A stretch of DNA of 63,707 bases, counting the filler, from Candidatus Hydrogenedentota bacterium (GTDB lineage Bacteria; JBFMHD01): the NCBI GenBank assembly GCA_040752395.1. It is 4 parts of 4 records of this genome, joined end to end, with 100 filler letters (N's around TTAATTAATTAA, not from the genome) between each part and the next. Parts side by side here need not be neighbours in the genome. Positions count along the whole stretch, not along the records: positions 49,532 to 63,707 come from JBFMHD010000058.1; 3 more parts are not named here. The stretch is one strand, 5' to 3'. The position numbers and the translations under genes were made by a program. Position 1 is the first letter of the stretch. Each line of letters starts with the position of its first letter. This document shows, piece after piece, positions 59,301 to 63,707 of the stretch. The notes under the pieces are model-generated. The model was given only the letters and a program-made list of their open reading frames with translations. It was not told the origin of the DNA and did not search any database.

Positions 59301-60577
59301 TCTCCGGTAATCTACATTTTAAAGATTACAGTATATCTTCAGATAATTTACAGGCATATTTAGGCGAATCAAAAATAGGTATCAGTGGTTCGGTAGAAGA
59401 TATATATAAATTCAATATTAAAGCTGATATAAATAGTAAGAATATAGATATTTCAAAACTTCTTGATATATTAAACATCTCAAAAGAGACCCGAGATAAT
59501 CTACTGATAACTGGATTATTTAGCACAAATGCAAGGCTGCGTGGTTCTGGAACTGATATTTCCATAACAGGAGATATACAATCAGATAATTTAAATTATC
59601 GTAAAGCAAACTTTACTGATATTATTGCTGATTATACTTATAAGGATAAAAAAGTAAGCGTTGATTCGTTCAAAGGCAGTGTAATTGGTGGTTTGTTAGC
59701 CGGGAAAGTTAAAGCAGATTTAAGTAAGAACACACCTGACTATGAAGTAACTGCTTCAATAAAAAAAGCAGACCTTGGTAAACTCTTTAATATGTTTGGT
59801 AATAAGGGTATGGGTTCCAGAGGCGAGATTTATGGTGAGATTGATGTTAGTGGTCTTGTTGGTAATCTTAATTCTTTAGAGGGTGGGGGTAAGAGTTGCA
59901 TAGAGAACGTTGAATTAAAGGGTCTGCCTACGGTTGATGGGCTTGCAGCTTGCTTAAATTCAATCATAAACCTTATCTCCAGCGCAGCTCATTTTTCAGA
60001 AGAGACAAAGGAACAATTAATTGCTATCCTGATCAGCCGAGTATTAAAAACCAGGCAAGCAGTCTCTGGTTTATTTGATGCAAATAATACCTCAAGATTT
60101 GATGTTATAAAAGCTGATTATAAAATAAAAAACGGATTGGTGAGATCAAATAATGTGTATGCTGTAAACAAAGATTTAAGTATCACTGGTAAGATAGAGA
60201 TAGGTTTTAACGAGAGTCTGGATTGTAATCTTAAGGTTCAATTGCAGGATGCGGGGCTTACAAAAATAGAGGATCCTGCTATGCGTGAGTTTCTACGTGA
60301 AGAGCCTATACCCATAATTCTTACAGGAACGATTTCAGCACCTAATTTTCACAAAGAAGAGGTTGGTAAAAAGTTTCTGGATGCATATCTAAAGCGTGGT
60401 TATTACAAACAGAAAGCAAAGGAGCGAGAATCAGCTGATACACAGATTGTTACCCCCTCACTACCTATACCTTCATCAGGAGATGATACCATAGAAACAC
60501 GTCCACGTAAAATCTCAAAAGAAGAGTTATTATTCGATATCTTACAGGATGTTATTAAAGACAAGCTAAAGAAATGA
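56345..60577 (+). CDS. Large AsmA-like/DUF748 envelope protein with internal repeats
   Basis: N-terminal TM, AsmA-like N- and C-termini, about six repeated beta-rich units. Confidence 0.75.
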   Translation: MKKRIIIYFSIICSIAIIITGINILLSRLLSKDAVQSQLEKILNRKIIINDLKINILTGIHLNGLEIFNPDESKWVSCEDFILDYSLLPSLYRRKLIITEIYLKKPYAKLIRGQDGVWDFSYLISKEKKKEGLLKLDIMRTKIEDGDFEINDRYLNIRFRCQGLNISASNVFQAESGDFEISLFKLNEKEIELETKGNFIIKGKKIKKLILKELYFKNLYLPELVNILTLYSDISLPFKCESGTLNADIKMLDLAKENIKGNGKIDLFGVSCVDTDGFYWRANVLSSQFDIDYSISDNKNHIELKKLDLNYNGIPASISGYGNIKDKLTEYNINISSELNLALLMEIMPQRLKPYIPLISITGNSKLVLQIKCDNNKTAYSLYGDLKNVGFDDLRKVNPLPSLKNLNGSIEYKDDQLVLNKVSCFVAGINILKIDGTIKNFKRPYLDINLQTGEIHTDKLFELLKSYEIDVPEDISITGRSSKAELKFVGYPDDISDLSGFIESEDIAVSIPDLPFIIRNIKGRINFTRDTLITDNLSVNLDNFTLKLNTVIKNYLKEPVIEKLTIISENEEIGNLVTLVSKYNKSYVPKETKLSGNIALLKVDLQGELKPPFDKLEYSGTTKLNNIQLSHPSLRGDIKNIKGGLCFDKNRLFFKDISGLWKESQILINGELKDFATPSPSANLQIKSGLISLLSLNEILKEYKKDLLPEGTYLAGMIKDVNLSVNGLLKSPELRGSLQLVGAEITYPLYPFPLKNIYGSAKFDKKKIGLIITSASIDNMKFSSTISVSHYNTTPDYKVELGSQDIEFGKLINYLPEATKKIFDGLKIQGKSGINLKLLGKIKNLSYSVKIMPRGNTLEYPPLFPQPIRDIMGQITIEPEYIFSSLNLTYGNSKISINGGIENKKNLALKNIPVSLKIESPKIYGEDIINVLEKSKVLPEGLYFSGVGSVNLKLFGALGKPALDGDINLNNMELKYPIIKEPLKSVSGNLHFKDYSISSDNLQAYLGESKIGISGSVEDIYKFNIKADINSKNIDISKLLDILNISKETRDNLLITGLFSTNARLRGSGTDISITGDIQSDNLNYRKANFTDIIADYTYKDKKVSVDSFKGSVIGGLLAGKVKADLSKNTPDYEVTASIKKADLGKLFNMFGNKGMGSRGEIYGEIDVSGLVGNLNSLEGGGKSCIENVELKGLPTVDGLAACLNSIINLISSAAHFSEETKEQLIAILISRVLKTRQAVSGLFDANNTSRFDVIKADYKIKNGLVRSNNVYAVNKDLSITGKIEIGFNESLDCNLKVQLQDAGLTKIEDPAMREFLREEPIPIILTGTISAPNFHKEEVGKKFLDAYLKRGYYKQKAKERESADTQIVTPSLPIPSSGDDTIETRPRKISKEELLFDILQDVIKDKLKK

Positions 60578-60727
60578 GGTAAATTTCAGTAATTGGGTTA
60601 CAATATAGGGTGTTAAGCAAAATTTAAAAATAAATTATTAAGTGGAGATATCATACTATAAAGTAATTATTAGTCAACAATATTTGTTACAGAGCAGTAG
60701 TTCATAATACTTCGATAAGCAACAATT

Positions 60728-62692
60728 TTATTTTGTCTTTTTTCCTTTAAGATGAAAGATTCGGTCGCGAAGCATTGCTGCTTCCTCGAACCGCCAGTTC
60801 TTTGCAGACTCGTTCATTTTAGTTTCAAGATATTGTATAGCTTCTTCCAAACTCCCGACCTTTTCTACATCAAGCTTCTCTAAAGGAACGCTTATAACCT
60901 CTTCCTCGACTTCTAATAGATTCTCAACTGGTTTTGTTATACTTCGCGGTTGTATGTTATGTTTATCGTTATATCTTATCTGTTTTTCACGTCGCCGATC
61001 CGTCTCGCTTATTGCTCGTTTCATACTATCTGTTATATTATCCCCGAACATTATCACTTTCCCGTTTATATTTCTTGCAGCTCTACCTATGGTCTGAAGT
61101 ATTGATCGTTCGCTTCTTAAGAAACCTTCTTTATCAGCATCAAGTATAGCAACTAAACTTACCTCTGGTAGATCAAGTCCCTCTCTTAAGAGATTTATTC
61201 CCACAAGAACATCAAAATCTCCTCGTCTTAATGCTGTTATTAATTTTGCTCTCTCTATGGTCTCTATCTCTGAATGTAGATATCTTGTTTTTATGTCTCT
61301 TGTAAGTAAAAAGTCACACAGCTGTTCTGCAAATCTCTTGGTAAGCGTAGTTACTAAAACCCGTTCTTTTCGCTCTATAACCTTATTTATCTCAGCTATA
61401 AGTAGATCAATCTGTCCTTCTGTTGAAAAAACCTCTACTTGCGGGTCAACAAGTCCGGTTGGTCTTATCAGCTGTTCAACAATTTGTGATGTTACTTCTA
61501 TTTCATAGGGGCCAGGGGTTGCGGATACGAAAATTACCTGTGGCACAATCTTAATAAACTCATCAAATTTTAATGGTCTATTATCGAGTGCTGAAGGGAG
61601 CCGAAACCCGAATTCTACAAGTATCTCTTTCCTAGTTCTATCACCAGCATACATCCCTCTTAATTGAGGTATAGAGACATGTGATTCATCTATAAAGACA
61701 ATATAATCAGAAGGATAATAGTCTAACAGACAATTGGGGCGCTCTCCTTTCTGTCTCCCATCAAGATGTCTTGAATAATTCTCAATACCGCTGCAATACC
61801 CCATTAACGAAAGCATCTCCATATCATATCTTGTTCTTTTTTCCAGTCGCTGTGCTTCTATTAATTTCCCCATAGAAGCGAGTTCATCTAATCTTTGCCT
61901 TAATTCCTCTTCTATACTATTTAATGCCTGCAGGATTCTATCTTCTGCTGTAACAAAATGTTTAGCAGGGAAAACAACTACTCTGTCAACTTTCTTGATC
62001 ACTTTCTTATTAATCGGGTCAACAAGTGTTATTCTGTCAATCTGGTCATCGAAAAACTCGATCCTTATTAAATAATCCTCTTCCACTGGAAAAACTTCTA
62101 TAAAATCACCCTTGACTGTAAATCTTCCGCGAGCGAGCTCGAGGTCATTTCTCTGGTATTGCATTCTCACTAATTTCTGGATGACCTCTTCAAGCATAAA
62201 ACGAGCGGTCTCTCTTAAATCTAAAATAAAGTTTTTAAATTCGCCGGGTGAACCCAGACCATAAAGGCAGGAAACAGAAGATACTATTATACAATCATTA
62301 CGGGTTATCAAATTGCCTGTAGTTGCAAGTCTCATACGGTCTATCTCTTCATTAATTGATGCATCTTTTTCTATATACAAATCCTTTTCAGGGACATAGG
62401 CTTCAGGCTGATAATAATCATAATAACTTACAAAATAATTTACTGAATTTTCCGGAAAAAAAGTCTTGAATTCAGCATATAGTTGAGCCGCAAGCGTTTT
62501 ATTATGAGAAATCACAAGAACAGGTCTGTGTATTTGATTTATTATGTTTGCCATAGTAAATGTTTTACCTGAACCTGTAACGCCAAGTAGTGTCTGAAAT
62601 TTATATCCCTTTTTTATACCTTCAACTAATTTTTCAATAGCTTCAGGCTGGTCGCCCGTGGGACTAAAATCAGCTTTTATCTTAAAATTCAT
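60728..62692 (-). CDS. uvrB: Excinuclease ABC subunit B
   Basis: GVTGSGKT, YYDYYQPEAY, DESH, INLLREGLD. Confidence 0.98.
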   Translation of the reverse strand: MNFKIKADFSPTGDQPEAIEKLVEGIKKGYKFQTLLGVTGSGKTFTMANIINQIHRPVLVISHNKTLAAQLYAEFKTFFPENSVNYFVSYYDYYQPEAYVPEKDLYIEKDASINEEIDRMRLATTGNLITRNDCIIVSSVSCLYGLGSPGEFKNFILDLRETARFMLEEVIQKLVRMQYQRNDLELARGRFTVKGDFIEVFPVEEDYLIRIEFFDDQIDRITLVDPINKKVIKKVDRVVVFPAKHFVTAEDRILQALNSIEEELRQRLDELASMGKLIEAQRLEKRTRYDMEMLSLMGYCSGIENYSRHLDGRQKGERPNCLLDYYPSDYIVFIDESHVSIPQLRGMYAGDRTRKEILVEFGFRLPSALDNRPLKFDEFIKIVPQVIFVSATPGPYEIEVTSQIVEQLIRPTGLVDPQVEVFSTEGQIDLLIAEINKVIERKERVLVTTLTKRFAEQLCDFLLTRDIKTRYLHSEIETIERAKLITALRRGDFDVLVGINLLREGLDLPEVSLVAILDADKEGFLRSERSILQTIGRAARNINGKVIMFGDNITDSMKRAISETDRRREKQIRYNDKHNIQPRSITKPVENLLEVEEEVISVPLEKLDVEKVGSLEEAIQYLETKMNESAKNWRFEEAAMLRDRIFHLKGKKTK

Positions 62693-63342
62693 TGTTGGTT
62701 TAACCAGAGAATAAGTTCTTTATAATCAGTTATTACAAATAAAGCATCGGTTATTTCATTGTCGTCACTATCCGTGAAATTACAGCCTATGAATTTTACA
62801 TCTGCCTGGACTGCTGCTTCTTTATCATTAGCTCTATCGCCAAGCATAATAGTTTCTGATGGTTTTATTGATTCCGCGTGCATTATCCTTTTTAATAATT
62901 CAGCCTTTGATTCATTCTCTTTAACTGTTCTTAACGGAGAAAAATATCGGATTAACTCAAACCCCTCAAGTATAGTTTTAAGATACTCGCGTCTACCATT
63001 TGAGACAACCTGCAGTCTGTATCTTTTATACAATTCTGGTAAAAATTTATGAATATTCCCGAGTAATCTCCCCCCCCCTTTTTTTATGTTTTTACATAGC
63101 TCCTCAAGTATCATTCTGCCGATAAAAGTTATATTTTGTTTATCAAGTTCTGGGAAAAGAGTTGAATATATAATAGTGGGATTTAAACCGATTAATTTCA
63201 TTATCTCTTTAACATTTGGTGTTTTCAAATTATGTTTGTATTCTTTATTATATCTTTTTACAGCTACGTCATAGGATTGATGGAGTATAGGTTCGGATGA
63301 ATATATGGTTCCGTCCATATCAAAGGCGATAAGTTTGATCAT
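62689..63342 (-). CDS. HAD-family phosphatase
   Basis: FDMDGT, VSNG, GDR..D; start at MIKLIAF. Confidence 0.88.
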   Translation of the reverse strand: MIKLIAFDMDGTIYSSEPILHQSYDVAVKRYNKEYKHNLKTPNVKEIMKLIGLNPTIIYSTLFPELDKQNITFIGRMILEELCKNIKKGGGRLLGNIHKFLPELYKRYRLQVVSNGRREYLKTILEGFELIRYFSPLRTVKENESKAELLKRIMHAESIKPSETIMLGDRANDKEAAVQADVKFIGCNFTDSDDNEITDALFVITDYKELILWLNQQ

Positions 63343-63418
63343 TGTATAATGTGGCAGTGCCGCAACCCCTTCTGGCATAATATAGCAGCGAATCATCTAC
63401 GCAAAAAGCGTAGGTAAT

Positions 63419-63707
63419 TTAAATAGAGAGTCTAATCCTTGCATTTTCTATTCTTTCTACAACTACTTTTTTACCGAGATGCGCTATCACCTCAAATATG
63501 CCTGGAGAGACAGTAGAGCCTGTTAATACTATTCGCAGCGGGTGTATCAGTTCTGCATCTTTTATATTTAAACGACTGCATAGGCTCCGTAGTGAATTTT
63601 CAATATTTGTTTCTTTGAAATCATCCAGTTTTTCAAGTTCAATTTTCAATTGTAGCAACAAATCTTTTGTATTTTCTTTGAAATATTTTTTCAATCCCTT
63701 TTCATCA
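63419..63707 (-). CDS. gltX: Glutamate--tRNA ligase C-terminal fragment
   Basis: LIHPLRIVLTGSTVSPGIFE..LGK. Confidence 0.88.
   Translation of the reverse strand, partial: DEKGLKKYFKENTKDLLLQLKIELEKLDDFKETNIENSLRSLCSRLNIKDAELIHPLRIVLTGSTVSPGIFEVIAHLGKKVVVERIENARIRLSI

Noticed and set aside
1440-63274. Numerous antisense or overlapping short ORFs in the ORF track
   Set aside because: Shadows of well-supported genes on the other strand or frame, with no motifs or RBS

Overview
AT-rich bacterial chromosomal sequence, probably from a diderm lineage (outer-membrane beta-barrel, AsmA-like protein, sigma-54 regulator, trmFO). It is made of several assembly pieces, with N gaps at 16511-16610, 32977-33076, 34558-34657 and 49432-49531; three gaps carry an artificial TTAATTAATTAA linker. 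Housekeeping genes (der, murB, acpS end, hisB, dprA, topA, trmFO, rsmE, PBP1A, uvrB, gltX end, tRNA-Pro) are mixed with transporters, a two-component pair, an NCS1/Zn-ribbon coiled-coil/EndoQ/UvrD operon and six toxin-antitoxin loci, most of them decayed. The most striking feature is a dispersed family of at least 13 mosaic intergenic repeats. They are built from 7-nt-periodic palindromic modules in a conserved order, and their constant terminal module supplies the Shine-Dalgarno sequence of the adjacent gene in 7 cases. The right part holds a dead integron integrase with a downstream attI-like site, and an attC-bounded restriction-modification cassette inside a ~120-bp direct repeat that starts in the 3' end of tRNA-Pro.
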